A DNA stretch of 63,803 nt, counting the filler, from Octopus bimaculoides (Eukaryota), in the NCBI RefSeq assembly GCF_001194135.2. It is 6 parts of 5 records of this genome, joined end to end, with 100 filler letters (N's around TTAATTAATTAA, not from the genome) between each part and the next. Parts side by side here need not be neighbours in the genome. Positions count along the whole stretch, not along the records: positions 1 to 18,811 come from NC_068996.1; 5 more parts are not named here. One strand, 5' to 3'. A model generated the notes under the pieces. It saw nothing but the letters and a program-made list of their open reading frames with translations. It searched no databases and had not been told where the DNA came from. Positions 1 through 11,523 of this stretch are shown piece after piece. Position 1 is the stretch's first letter, and the number at the start of each line of letters is the position of its first letter. The position numbers and the translations under genes were made by a program.

Positions 1-282
1 TTTCTTTCCACGGATAACCTCCCCATTTATTGGGAATTTTCTGTATTAATTCGTATTTTTTGTAAATACCCCAAACGTTTTGCGATGTTTTTTTTTCATC
101 GTTGTCCCCACTTTTGTTTTTTTTTCTGCTTTGTTTTCGCCCCCCTCGAAAAGAAAAAAACTCTACATTTGTATTTTGTCCCCTCTGTGTTGAGCCCTGT
201 GTGGCTAATAAAGAAACCTATCTATCTGTTCATCGATCTATCTGCTGTCTGTCTATCTGTCTGTCTGTCCGACCATCCGTTC

Positions 283-354
<72 letters not shown>

Positions 355-1929
355 GCTGTCTCTCTGTCTTTCTGCCTATCTCTCTGTCTGTCTGTCCGTT
401 TGTTTGTCTGTCTGTCTAATCCCTCCATCATCTCTCTCTCTCTCTCTCTCTCTCCCACCCTTAATCTCACGATTTCTTTCCTTGGTGAATTATACTCCTT
501 ACATTATATTCAAAGCTCTCCATTACAATAATCTCTGAACTATTCTCCTTCCACGTGCACCTGTAAAAACATTGCTTCAGTTCTGAAAGCCCTGTAATAA
601 CACACAGTAAAATATATCTCCCTGACGTCCCTCAAATCATCTTATCGAATTACAGCTTATGTCCGCTTTTTCCCCCATTGGACACAAAACATAATTAGCC
701 CTACGAGGATTTGATTATAAATGCGCAGTAGTTATATTTAGTATATTAGTGTTTTATTTCTGTTTTAGTTATAATAGTAGTTTTGTATCGTGGTTTGTAA
801 GTAGAGGTATATGAAATTATGGTAACTGCGACAACAGTTTTATCAATTTACTGAAGCAATGTAGAAATAAGTCGATCAAAGCAATGTTACATCAAAGTGT
901 TACATAAACGATAGTAAAGTATGACCCCCGCCTTCCCCTTAAATATTGCAGCGAAGTATAGAAGAAAAAAATAATAATAATAATCTTGAATGATGTAGTG
1001 TAGCTGTGGTGCACAATTTCAGTATGGCAGTAAATACATCTATTCAGAGTTTCAATAAAAAGAACAGCGATATACGGCATCATATTCATAGATAACGCAT
1101 TGCAGTAAAATATTGCAGTTTATATATTATGTCAACTGTCATGGAAGTGACTCTGAAAACGTATCTGCACATTGTTGTTAGGATACTAGAAATAATCTTC
1201 AATCATCTTAAGTAGTTCTCAAATTCTTTACATTCGCACGCACGCGCGCGGTGCGCACTTATGCACATACGCACATACGCACATGCGCACACACATGCAC
1301 ACACACAGACGCACGCACGCGTGCGAACGCACACACACACACACACATACGTACATATTTAGCTACACAAGCACAGAGAAATTCACAAGCATAGAAACTC
1401 ACACAAATGAACACAACTGCGGGCGCACACACACACACACTCATGCACAAACTTGATAACAGTACAATGTAACTAGTGTGTGTGTGTGCGTGTGTGTGTG
1501 TGCGTGTGTGTGTACGTGTGCGAGTGTGTATATGTGTGTGTGTGTATAAATGTATAAATATGCAGTATGCATGTATATATATATATATATATGTATATAC
1601 ACGTATATACACACACATACATACAAATATATATATATATATATATACATACATACATATACGCTTTGTATATCTGCATATAGATGAGCGTGTAAGTGTG
1701 TATGTGCATATGTGTGCATGTGTGTAGTAACTACTACACCCACTGATGCATACGTCGCTAGAAAAGTCTTCCATGCTTGTCTCTGTCTCTTGTTATTCAG
1801 GATAGTTCCCAAGCTGTATTTTGTGGTTTTCATTTCTACTTCAAGCACGTCCAATCTATCTCTAGAGACAATTAGTCTTTATTGAAGATGCTTGTAGAGA
1901 GAAGAATGCGTGTGAGCGATGTATCATAT

Positions 1930-2720
1930 TTCGGATCCATTGCAAATTAGAGATTAAATGTATTGGGTTAGTCTGATTTTTTTCCCCATTGTATTGAATA
2001 AATTTGTCTTCTGAAGTAGAGCTCTTAAAGACATTCTTGGTTTTGCTGAACCAACACTGATTATTTTCGTTTATATTTACGTTTTATACACTTAATACTG
2101 TCTAAATAGTTGGTTCATAGTAACCACATCTGACAAGTCTTTTTGAGGGCCCGATTTTCTTAGTCGCTTAGTAAATGATTCAATATAATAAAAATATTCT
2201 GAGTGCACGATTTCCACAACGATCTTTTAAACATTCTGTGCTATCTAACTGGTGAGTTTTCCAGATCAATGAATTTTGTTTTGCATGGTGCTTAAGTATG
2301 TAAGACAACAGGATGGTTTGCTTAGTAATGTCCAGGTTTTATAACGTAACAAGTCGTTTCTGTTTAATTTCCTTCGAAGCATTTTGTGTTGCAACATTAC
2401 ATGTCCAAGTCCCAAAATCGTGCTGCAGATTTTAGACAAAAATGATCGTAAATCCAGAATAAAGATTCCTTAACAGATTCGTAAATCTCAGCAACATTCA
2501 GGCGAATCCAGCCAAATGGCCTCTCAAATTCAGTAACAGATTTCTCTGTGTAAGGAATCACTTTTATGTGCATATACTTGTCTATCAGTAACATACTCTG
2601 TAAAGTTTTCGCAAATAATATTTGCTTGTTTGTTCATTGTACGTAACTGACTTCAGCTGTTTTAAATTTTGAATCAGCGTTATTGAATAAAAGCAAACAG
2701 GCAGACATTTTCAGTTCTAT
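1930..2720 (-). mobile_element. Possible very decayed Penelope-like 3' half
   Basis: Scattered motif-like pieces in the expected order (HIKVIPY, KTWTLLS, ECLKDRCG, SVLVQQ, EDKFIQY) across several frames. Weak. Confidence 0.3.
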
Positions 2721-3018
2721 ATGAAAGATGAAAATTACACAAACGACATTCTACACTTCAATAGATTCTTTTTACTGTGGGGCTGTCCCCTATGTCTTTA
2801 ACAGGAATTATCTATAGCACTAAGAGATGTATTTTATTTTATTTTTACATTTTTAATTGTAGGTATAATTTTAACAGATAATCAATTTCTTTCGTTCATA
2901 TTCTATATTCGTTTATCCGTCATGAGACAATTTCAGAGTTTCTCAGCAAATGTTTATTAGATTTGCTAAAGCGTGTCAAAGGACAGTATCTCTACATTTC
3001 GTTATGCACATACTCACT

Positions 3019-3021
<3 letters not shown>

Positions 3022-3109
<88 letters not shown>
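3022..3109. repeat. (CA)n microsatellite, representative of many simple repeats
   Basis: Other examples: (TATC)n ~283-353, (GA)n ~6320-6388 and ~50953-51030, (TATG)n ~9696-9738, (ATAAT)n ~14899-14960, (AAT)n ~52125-52195, (TACA)n ~60516-60586, and 11-bp ATTAGTCCAGG x3 at 50411-50443. Confidence 0.95.
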
Positions 3110-3115
<6 letters not shown>

Positions 3116-3225
3116 GCCCACTGTACACGTGAGTTTGATAATCTGTTATTATGACAACAACTGTTCATAGACTCATTGGAAATATTTTATATATATATAT
3201 GTATTTATATATATATGTATATTTA

Positions 3226-3430
3226 CGAAGGGGCGCTGGAAAGTTCCTGGCTTTGCTTAAAAGAAAATACATGAGGATCAGTTAATAGTGATCTTAATCA
3301 ACATATTCCCCTCTCCGATACACACGCTTAATGCAGATGGGCCTTCAATTTTCCTAAGGCCTGTAGGAAGGGCTTCAACTAGACTTTCCGCAATACCTCT
3401 AAAGCCAGGAACTTTTCAGAATCCCTCACG
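3226..3430. mobile_element. Mariner-derived MITE (205 bp)
   Basis: TA on both flanks (3224-3225, 3431-3432). About 30-bp imperfect TIRs with a perfect inner 15-mer AAAGTTCCTGGCTTT / AAAGCCAGGAACTTT. Confidence 0.8.
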
Positions 3431-4442
3431 TATATTAGTAATTTTTCGAATTCTATATTTTCACCACTTCAATGCATGTTAGATTTCTCAACTATTACCT
3501 ACAAATCTTCAGTATAATTTAAAATTATACTGTTTTTCACTTCTTTTGAAAACCCTCGTAACGTAATGCCTCGGATAAGTTGTGTATGGCGGATACTATT
3601 CTTTATTCACGAAATGTTGCGAAGATACAAACTGAGGGTATTACAATGAAAGCATTAACGGACTTATAATATCGTAGACCATAATTATATTATAATGCTC
3701 CTTCACTTTAATATGGTTTTCTTTTATCCATTCCATTATATTTACAAACAAAATAACTACATTTACGTAAAATACAATGGTGTCACGCACAGTTGTGGCT
3801 ATGTGGTAAGCTTGCTTTCTAGCCACATGATCCAGGTTCAGTCCCACTACGTGGTGCACTTTGGGAAAGTCCCTTCTACTATAACCTCGGGCCCTCTAAA
3901 GCTCTTCTTAGTGGATTTTGTAGAGGGAAACTGAAAGAAGCCTATCGTATATATATATATNNNNNNNNNNNNNNNNNNNNNNNNNNNNNNNNNNNNNNNN
4001 NNNNNNNNNNNNNNNNNNNNNNNNNNNNNNNNNNNNNNNNNNNNNNNNNNNNNNNNNNNNNNNNNNNNNNNNNNNNNNNNNNNNNNNNNNNNNNNNNNNN
4101 NNNNNNNNNNNNNNNNNNNNNNNNNNNNNNNNNNNNNNNNNNNNNNNNNNNNNNNNNNNNNNNNNNNNNNNNNNNNNNNNNNNNNNNNNNNNNNNNNNNN
4201 NNNNNNNNNNNNNNNNNNNNNNNNNNNNNNNNNNNNNNNNNNNNNNNNNNNNNNNNNNNNNNNNNNNNNNNNNNNNNNNNNNNNNNNNNNNNNNNNNNNN
4301 NNNNNNNNNNNNNNNNNNNNNNNNNNNNNNNNNNNNNNNNNNNNNNNNNNNNNNNNNNNNNNNNNNNNNNNNNNNNNNNNNNNNNNNNNNNNNNNNNNNN
4401 NNNNNNNNNNNNNNNNNNNNNNNNNNNNNNNNNNNNNNNNNT

Positions 4443-4477
<35 letters not shown>

Positions 4478-4504
4478 TATGTATATTTTATTTATTTATT
4501 TATC

Positions 4505-5250
4505 TATCTATGCGTTTTATCCAAGTGGCTATATGGTCGTTCTGGAGCACCACCGTGACTTTCCGTCTTTATGCTGTGCTCTCTTCACGTTCCTTGCATG
4601 GCTCTTCTCCGCCACCTGATATAGTCCAATCACGAGTTCCGATGGCACATCTGGTGTATAAGAGCCATTGGTTCATTTGGTTTCGTGGAGAGGAAAGTGT
4701 CGAGTTTTGTTTTGAAGACCTCTATATCCATGTCTTGCAGGTCTCTCAAACGTTTTGGCAGGGCATTGAAGAGCTGAGGTCCTCTGAAACCGATGCTGTT
4801 GCAGTACCTTCTTATGTGAGATACAGTGGACGGTACCCTTGGTACTATGCAGTGGCGACCTGTGCAGGCATTCGTGTAGTAATTGATGCCAAAGTTTGGT
4901 ACCAGTCCTTCCAGTATTTTCCATATGTATATTATTACATATCTCTCCCGCCTGCACTCCGGGGAGTAGAGACCTAGTGCTTTCAGTCCCTCCCTGTAGT
5001 TCATCTGTTGGACTGTGGCGATCTTTTTTGTNNNNNNNNNNTGTTTGTGGTTCTGGGATTGCAGTACCTCCAGGTCCTGTGTATGCCAGTACGGGAGGGG
5101 GGCACTTGTGGCCTTGTAGCGCAGTACTTGAAATTTTTTTGCATTGAACCGCATATTATTTTGCTCTGCCCAAGGTGTATATTGCATTTAGGTCATTCTA
5201 CAGGCTTATAACATCATCAAGATTCTTTATTGCCTGTGCACATATGGTAT
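4505..5250 (-). mobile_element. CR1/Jockey-group non-LTR retrotransposon, decayed ORF2 C-terminus and 3' UTR
   Basis: Translation shows post-RT motifs: DLNAIY/WAEQNNMRFNAKKFQVLRY, NYREGLKALGLYSPECRRERYVIIYIWKILEGLVPN, GPQLFNALPKRLR, VFKTKLDTFL. Contains a frameshift, a stop and a 10-N gap. Clade assignment is from motif recall. Confidence 0.85.
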
Positions 5251-5609
5251 ATTTTAAAGATTAATAGAGAAGACAGAGTGCTCCTAAAATGAAACTTATC
5301 ATCAAGACAATTCTTTCGTCTTCATGATACGCTGCTTCATAGTGGGCGTGGAACGGTGCAATAACACCAGATGCAGATGGTGTTATTGCACCGTTCCACG
5401 ACCACAGGGGACCAGTGCAGCATGAAGGCGAATCAATTGTCATGATAATAAATTGCTTTTTGTGTGCACTCCGTCTTCTACGATGATCTTTAGTATATAT
5501 ATANNNNNNNNNNNNNNNNNNNNNNNNNNNNNNNNNNNNNNNATATGGGAGAATATACAAATAATAACAACAGACGAGGACAGGTGGTGTAAATGACAAA
5601 AGGATATAT

Positions 5610-5665
5610 AGGAACCGGTTTCGGATTTAACAAATTCTTACCATTTGTCTATTCCTCATCAGCCT
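5610..5665 (-). ncRNA. Minimal type I hammerhead ribozyme motif (canonical core)
   Basis: Minus strand: AGG-CTGATGA-GGA(ata GACAAAT ggtaaga ATTTGTT aaa)TCC-GAAA-CCGG-T-T-CCT. Palindromic helix III ACCGGT; stem I AGG/CCT. Confidence 0.7.
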
Positions 5666-6003
5666 GATTTGTAATGTAACCGTAATCATCAAAATCGTAT
5701 ACAGAGTTGCCCACCGCCATGGGTGCGCGTACATATGGTTCTGCTAATTACAGCTTAATGGTAAAATTCAAAAGTTTTCGTTTTGGCGCGCTAATTCCAG
5801 GAATATATTTGCAGAAAATATTTACTACGTCGTATATATTCAGTATGAGAACATGGGTAATGGGTAAAATATTATTATATAATCTGGTAATTAGTCATAT
5901 ATTAATTAATATCGATTTATTATCAGGAGCCCAGCACATCTAAAGAATCAAAGGGATTCAGAAATATTATCTGCAACCTCAGGGGATTAAGGTACATTTT
6001 AAA

Positions 6004-6172
6004 AAATAACGTTGACCACTAACGTGGACAATTAATGCGCTAGAAATAGATCACATTTTGTGTCTATTAAGACCTAAATTGTTCTCAACATGAAATATAG
6101 CAGCATACCAAAAACGTGAGCGGGCAAGACATTTAGTGCATTAATTGTCCACGTTAGTGGTCGACGTTATTT
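6004..6172. repeat. 35-bp inverted repeat (1 mismatch) with a 99-bp spacer, MITE-like foldback
   Basis: AAATAACGT(T/C)GACCACTAACGTGGACAATTAATGC at 6004-6038 and inverted at 6138-6172. Confidence 0.85.
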
Positions 6173-6193
6173 AAAAATACATATATATATATA

Positions 6194-6315
6194 TGAACCA
6201 AAACGTTGTTAACGCACCGGTAATTAATTAATGCTAATAGAGTCTTGGATTTATCACACAAGAGAATTTCCGGGATGGTCAGGCCGGAAAACCGTATATA
6301 TATATATATATATAC

Positions 6316-6390
<75 letters not shown>

Positions 6391-7430
6391 CTAAAAAATT
6401 AGGGAATGGGAATGGAGTATATAAAAATCCAAGCTGCTTATGTTTCATAGCTAGCGGAACCTCAGAAGTAGGAAATTATCCAAACACGTAACCTGGCAGT
6501 TCGGCAAAAGAGGCCGACAAAATAAGTACCAAGCTTTGAAAAACAATGTGCTGCGGTATATTCATTCGACTAAAGGAATTCCTCAACGCAGTGCCCCAGC
6601 ATGGGCGCAGTCTACTGACTGCAACAAATATAATACAAATGTTTGACATCCACGTAAAGCCTGATAATTCTGTTAGTGAGTATTTATCACTGCTTACATT
6701 ATCTTTAGCTTAAAATTCGCTCATTTCTTTATTTTGTTATGTCTGTGTCGTTCTTTCTAACTTAACATTTGTAAGATTTTACTTAAATTACATATCGTTT
6801 CTAAGTATAAAGTACAATCCAATTTGCTTTCTTTCCATCTATTAAGCCAGACACCGTTTTGAAATATTCCATTACTTTCTGGTATCACAGATAGAGAAAA
6901 GGACCCACCTAAGCCGTGGTTTAAGAGGAAGGTATATTGCATTTTGTCTCCCGGTCTTCTTTGCGTAAAAGCTGATTTCAGCTCTTTGTATAATAGGCTG
7001 ATTATTGGTATTATATATNNNNNNNNNNNNNNNNNNNNNNNNNNNNNNNNNNNNNNNNNNNNNNNNNNNNNNNNNNNNNNNNNNNNNNNNNNNNNNNNNN
7101 NNNNNNNNNNNNNNNNNNNNNNNNNNNNNNNNNNNNNNNNNNNNNNNNNNNNNNNNNNNNNNNNNNNNNNNNNNNNNNNNNNNNNNNNNNNNNNNNNNNN
7201 NNNNNNNNNNNNNNNNNNNNNNNNNNNNNNNNNNNNNNTATATATTCATATGATTGTGCATCGGCATGACGCCGTATGTTTTATTTTTTTTTATTTTTAA
7301 ATATGTCCATTATTCTTTTTCTTTTCAAACGGTTATCCGGCCTGACCATCCCGGAAATTCTCTTGTGTGATAAATCCAAGACTCTATTAGCATTAATTAA
7401 TTACCGGTGCGTTAACAACGTTTTGGTTCA
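6194..7430. repeat. 102-bp inverted repeat pair (6194-6295 / 7329-7430, 1 mismatch)
   Basis: Direct base-by-base comparison. Confidence 0.9.
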
Positions 7431-7819
7431 ATATTATATTGCACTACAAGACACTTGTAATTGTTTTATTCATTTTACTGGTTTCAGTCATTGGACATCA
7501 GCCAAGTTGAAGAACTGCCTTCAAGGGTTTAATTGATCGTAATGAACCCAATTCTTATTTTATCGATCTCTATTATTTATTTATCGAGTACTTGTTTTAT
7601 CGCTCTTTATTTGTCGGGGAACTAAGCTAAAGAAGACAATAGATTCCGTAAGAAACTGGTACTGTATATAACGGCACCTAATCCAAAAGACAAAACTGAC
7701 CTCAGTGTAATTTGAACTCAGAAGACAGAGAACTGGAAGGAACACTGCAAGGCGTTCTGTATTAACTTCTAAGACGAGTATAAATGCAAATATGTTGTGT
7801 GTCCTTTTATTATTATTAA

Positions 7820-8165
7820 AGAAGGCTAAGGCGGCGAGGTGGCGGAATCGTTAACGGCATTTCGTTTGTCTTTGTGTTCTGAGTTCAAATTCTGCTGAGG
7901 TAGACTTTGCCTTCCATCCTCTCAGATCAATGAAATAAATACCAGTTACATAGTGGGATCGATGTGCCTTGCCCCAAATTTGAGGCCTTGTGCTTCCAGT
8001 AGAAGGGATTATTATTAAAGAAGGCTAAGGCGGCGAGGTGGCGGAATCGTTAGCACGCCGGGCGAAATGCTTATCGGTATTTCGTCTGTCTTTACGTTCT
8101 GAGTTCAAGCTCCACCGAAGTCGACTTTGCCTGTCATCCTTTCGCGGTTAATGAAATAAGAATCA
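7820..8165 (+). mobile_element. SINE type 2, head-to-tail pair
   Basis: GCTAAGGCGGCGAGGTGGCGGAATCGTTA...TTCTGAGTTCAA...GACTTTGCC..TCATCC occurs twice. Related copies at about 8880-8995 (minus), 15010-15170 and 46646-46807 (minus). Confidence 0.85.
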
Positions 8166-9368
8166 GATTTTCTGTTCAGATACTATTTGCGTCTGCTATT
8201 TTCTAATTCTATGCATTCGTGAAACATTAGTAGAGATAACACTTTAATTTCACTTCTTGTCATAGGGCGGAGAGGAAGGGGTGTTTATTTATTTATTTGA
8301 AACTTTATAAATTTTTCTTGGAGATTCATAATCTCCGTATTCTTCTGCGTATATCGCGAAAAAAATTTTTTTTTTTTAAAGTGAAAATTTAAGAAATCGG
8401 GTGGGCGTTGGAGGGAGGTTTAACTTTTCAAATGCAGATTTTTTTTTGCAGATTTGGAATCTCCGCCCTCGATATAGTGTGTTCCAGTAAAAAAAAAAAT
8501 CCCAAAGAGGGTGCGCTCCATGATCTTTACCTTCACCGTAATCGACTAGCCCCCTACCCCAAAATTTCAGGCCTTGTGCCTATAGTTGAAAGAATTTTTA
8601 TAGAAGGCTGACCGTGATTTCAGAGATAGGTAAGGTTGCTACTTCTATCAAGTCACGTTACAGAATGATATCTGCTTCTGTGACTCGTGACTTTGGGTGT
8701 ATGACAGGAGTGTTGATGATGATGTCTCAGTGTGGAACTCAGGTATTGTTGGTGTTTAGCGCCACGCAGATCAAACCAGATACGTGTAGCAATAAGTGTG
8801 ACAGTTATTATCATAAAGCTAGGGATAGAAATACAGATATCCATTCTACTATTGGCATAAGGTACGAAATTTTCTTGGAATAGGGCGCTTGTCGATTACA
8901 TCAACCCAATTACTCAAATTATACTTATTTTATCGAGCGGATAGACGGCAATGTCGACCTCGGAGGAATTTGCGCTCAGAGTGTAATGACAGAATAAATG
9001 CAGCTATGCATTTTATTCGGCACGGCAACAATTCTATCAATCAGCGACCTTGGTAGTGATATAGATATTGAAACACTTTATATAGCAACATACGAATCTA
9101 TCTCGAGAGCTTCTAAATCAGGCTTGGCCGGCTCGAATTACATTGCGGGCGTCTTTAATTACAGAATTGAAAGCATTTTGCTTTCTCATGCTATTATTAC
9201 AATAATGAATGAATGATCGTTGATTCAACAGGAAATATTATCGCTGCAAAAACAGTGTCTTTCTTTTTTACTTTTCATTACAATCTTTAATTTTGGATAA
9301 AATTTCAAAAATGTCATTTAAATAAACCCATTGCAAGAAAGTATCAAGTGGGTTGCAAGATAAAAGTC

Positions 9369-9412
9369 TGCGGGCTGCATGCGGCCCGCGGGAATCAGGT
9401 TGGCCAACCTTG
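9369..9412 (+). mobile_element. hAT (Charlie-like) transposon right-end fragment
   Basis: GCGGGCTGCATGCGGCCCGCGGG..CAGGTTGGCCAACC resembles the GC-rich subterminal/terminal motif of hAT non-autonomous elements. No partner end found. Confidence 0.45.
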
Positions 9413-9738
9413 TTCTATCTGATCAAGCATCTTGCTAGAAATAGTATGTCTCCTTTAAATGATAATTCACCAGTCAAGACGGACCTGGAAATGAAAAACA
9501 ATATCATAGATGCAGGTATGGCTGTGTGGTAAGAAGCTCGATTCTCAACCATATGGATTCGAGTTCAGTCCCATTGTGTGGCACCTTGGGCAAGTGATTT
9601 CTAATATAGCCACGCCTTGACTAAAGCTTTGCAATTAGATTTGTTACATAGAAACAGAAAAACAAATCACACACACGCACACCCTCGTACATACGTATGT
9701 ATGTATGTATGTATGTATGTATGTATGTATGTATGTAT

Positions 9739-10098
9739 GCGTAGGAGTGGCTGTGTGGTAAGTAGCTTGCTTACCAACCACATGGTTCCGGGTTCAGTCC
9801 CACTGCGTGGCACCTTGGGCAAGTGTCTTCTACTATGGCCTCGGGCCGACCAGAACCTTGTGAGTGGATTTGGTAGACGGAAACTGAAAGAAACCCATCG
9901 TGTGTGTCTGTGCTTGTCACCTTAACATCGCTTGATGACCGATGCTGGTGTGTTTACGTCCCCGTAAAACTAGCGGTTGGACAAAAGAGACCAATAGAAT
10001 AAGTACTAGGCTTACAAAAATAAGTCCTGGGGTCGATTTTCTTGACTAAAGGTGGTGCTCCAGCTTGTCCACAGCCAAATGACTGAAATAAGTAAAAA
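9739..10098 (+). mobile_element. tRNA-derived SINE type 1, near full-length copy
   Basis: Head GGCTGTGTGGTAAG...GGTTCAGTCCC (A/B-box-like), core GGCACCTTGGGCAAGTGTCTT...GGATTTGGTAGACGGAAACTGAAAG, internal GT microsatellite, tail GAATAAGTACT...GGGGTCGA...GGTGGTGCTCCAGC...TGACTGAAA. Other copies or halves at about 3787-3947, 6487-6630, 9512-9662, 10145-10340, 15786-15936, 40028-40147, 46240-46405 (minus), 52440-52650 and 53535-53720. Confidence 0.9.
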
Positions 10099-10903
10099 CC
10101 GTAAAGAGAGAATGTATGTATGTATGTATTTGTGTGTCTATGTTACTGTTTGTCCCCCATCATTGCTTGACAACTAATGTTTGCTTGTTTACGTCCCCGT
10201 AACCTAGTAGTTCGGCAATAGAGGGTCGAAAGAATAAGTACCATGTTTTAAGAGAAAGAACTGGGGTCGATTTGTTCGACTAAACACATGAAGGTGGTGC
10301 CCCAACATGGGCGCAGTACACTGATTGAAACATGTAAAAGATGGCACACAAAGCATTTAAGGGAATAACTCAACAGGGGAGCCTATCTTTGTGGTTGTAC
10401 AATGTACTAGAAAGAGCAGTTAAATCTCTTATCAAATAACGTCAAACTGCCTTAGATAAAGGAAACATACGTCAGATTTTTAGAAAAAGATAAATAAACA
10501 AATAAATAAATAAATAAAAAATGCAGGACACGGCTGGAATGCTTTTAATTATAGAACTGCTCACTCAGGGCTGACCTCAGGAGATAAGCAAGAAGAAGAA
10601 CAACAGCAACAACAACAACATACGAGAACAACAATAGTAACAAGCAGGAGTATCAATAGTAACAACAATAGTAACAAGCCAGGAAAAGAACAACAATAAT
10701 GTCAAAATCACCCAACCCATACTTTACTAACGGAGGTAAGACTATTTTTATACCACAAATATTGATTTTCGCACTGCATCGCTGTATTCAGTCTTTGTGT
10801 CCAACAAGAACTTTCTTCGACCTATTGTCTCTCACTTTCTCTCTTTCACTCTCTCTCTCTCTCTTTCTCTTACACTCTCTTTCATTCTTTCACACATATA
10901 TAC

Positions 10904-10937
<34 letters not shown>

Positions 10938-11466
10938 TTAAAATTAACACTCACACACTCAGACACACACACACACACATGTAACACATTGTTATGTGTG
11001 TATATTTGTGGGTTTGTGTGTGTGTGTGTGTCTTTCTCATATTTTATTCTTACTTTCTCACTTCTTGAATTTTTTTTCTTTTCTTTTCTATAATTTTCCT
11101 CTGTCCGACTCTTTGTCTTAGTTTCATTACATTTCTTTTCACTTCCTTTTCAAATTTGTAAATGTCTGTATCTTTTTTTACCTTTCTTTTTTGCTGTATT
11201 TCACATTGTATCGCTTTCTGGGTGGGTGTGAGACGGTTTCTCCCATCTTCTTCTTCGGTATCACACTTTGTTTTTCACTACCCTTTTTTACTTATATCGG
11301 TTTCTCCTTTTACTTCTATGGATGTCAGTATATTTCTCTTTCTCTCTAATTCCATAGCCACCAATCTCCCCCCCCCCGCTCTCACAACCTTCAAGTCTCT
11401 TTTACTCTCTCTACTTCTCCCTCTCTCTTCTCTTTAGCTTTGCATTTGCAGCCGACAGTATTTCTT

Positions 11467-11523
<57 letters not shown>

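Noticed and set aside
85-1854. ORFs rich in YIYI/HTHT/LSLS/CVCV, and all X-containing ORFs across the window
   Set aside because: Translations of dinucleotide or tetranucleotide microsatellites and N gaps.
8264-8469. Possible hAT MITE with 9-bp AGGGCGGAG/CTCCGCCCT ends
   Set aside because: The inverted match is too short and there is no TSD, so it could be chance.
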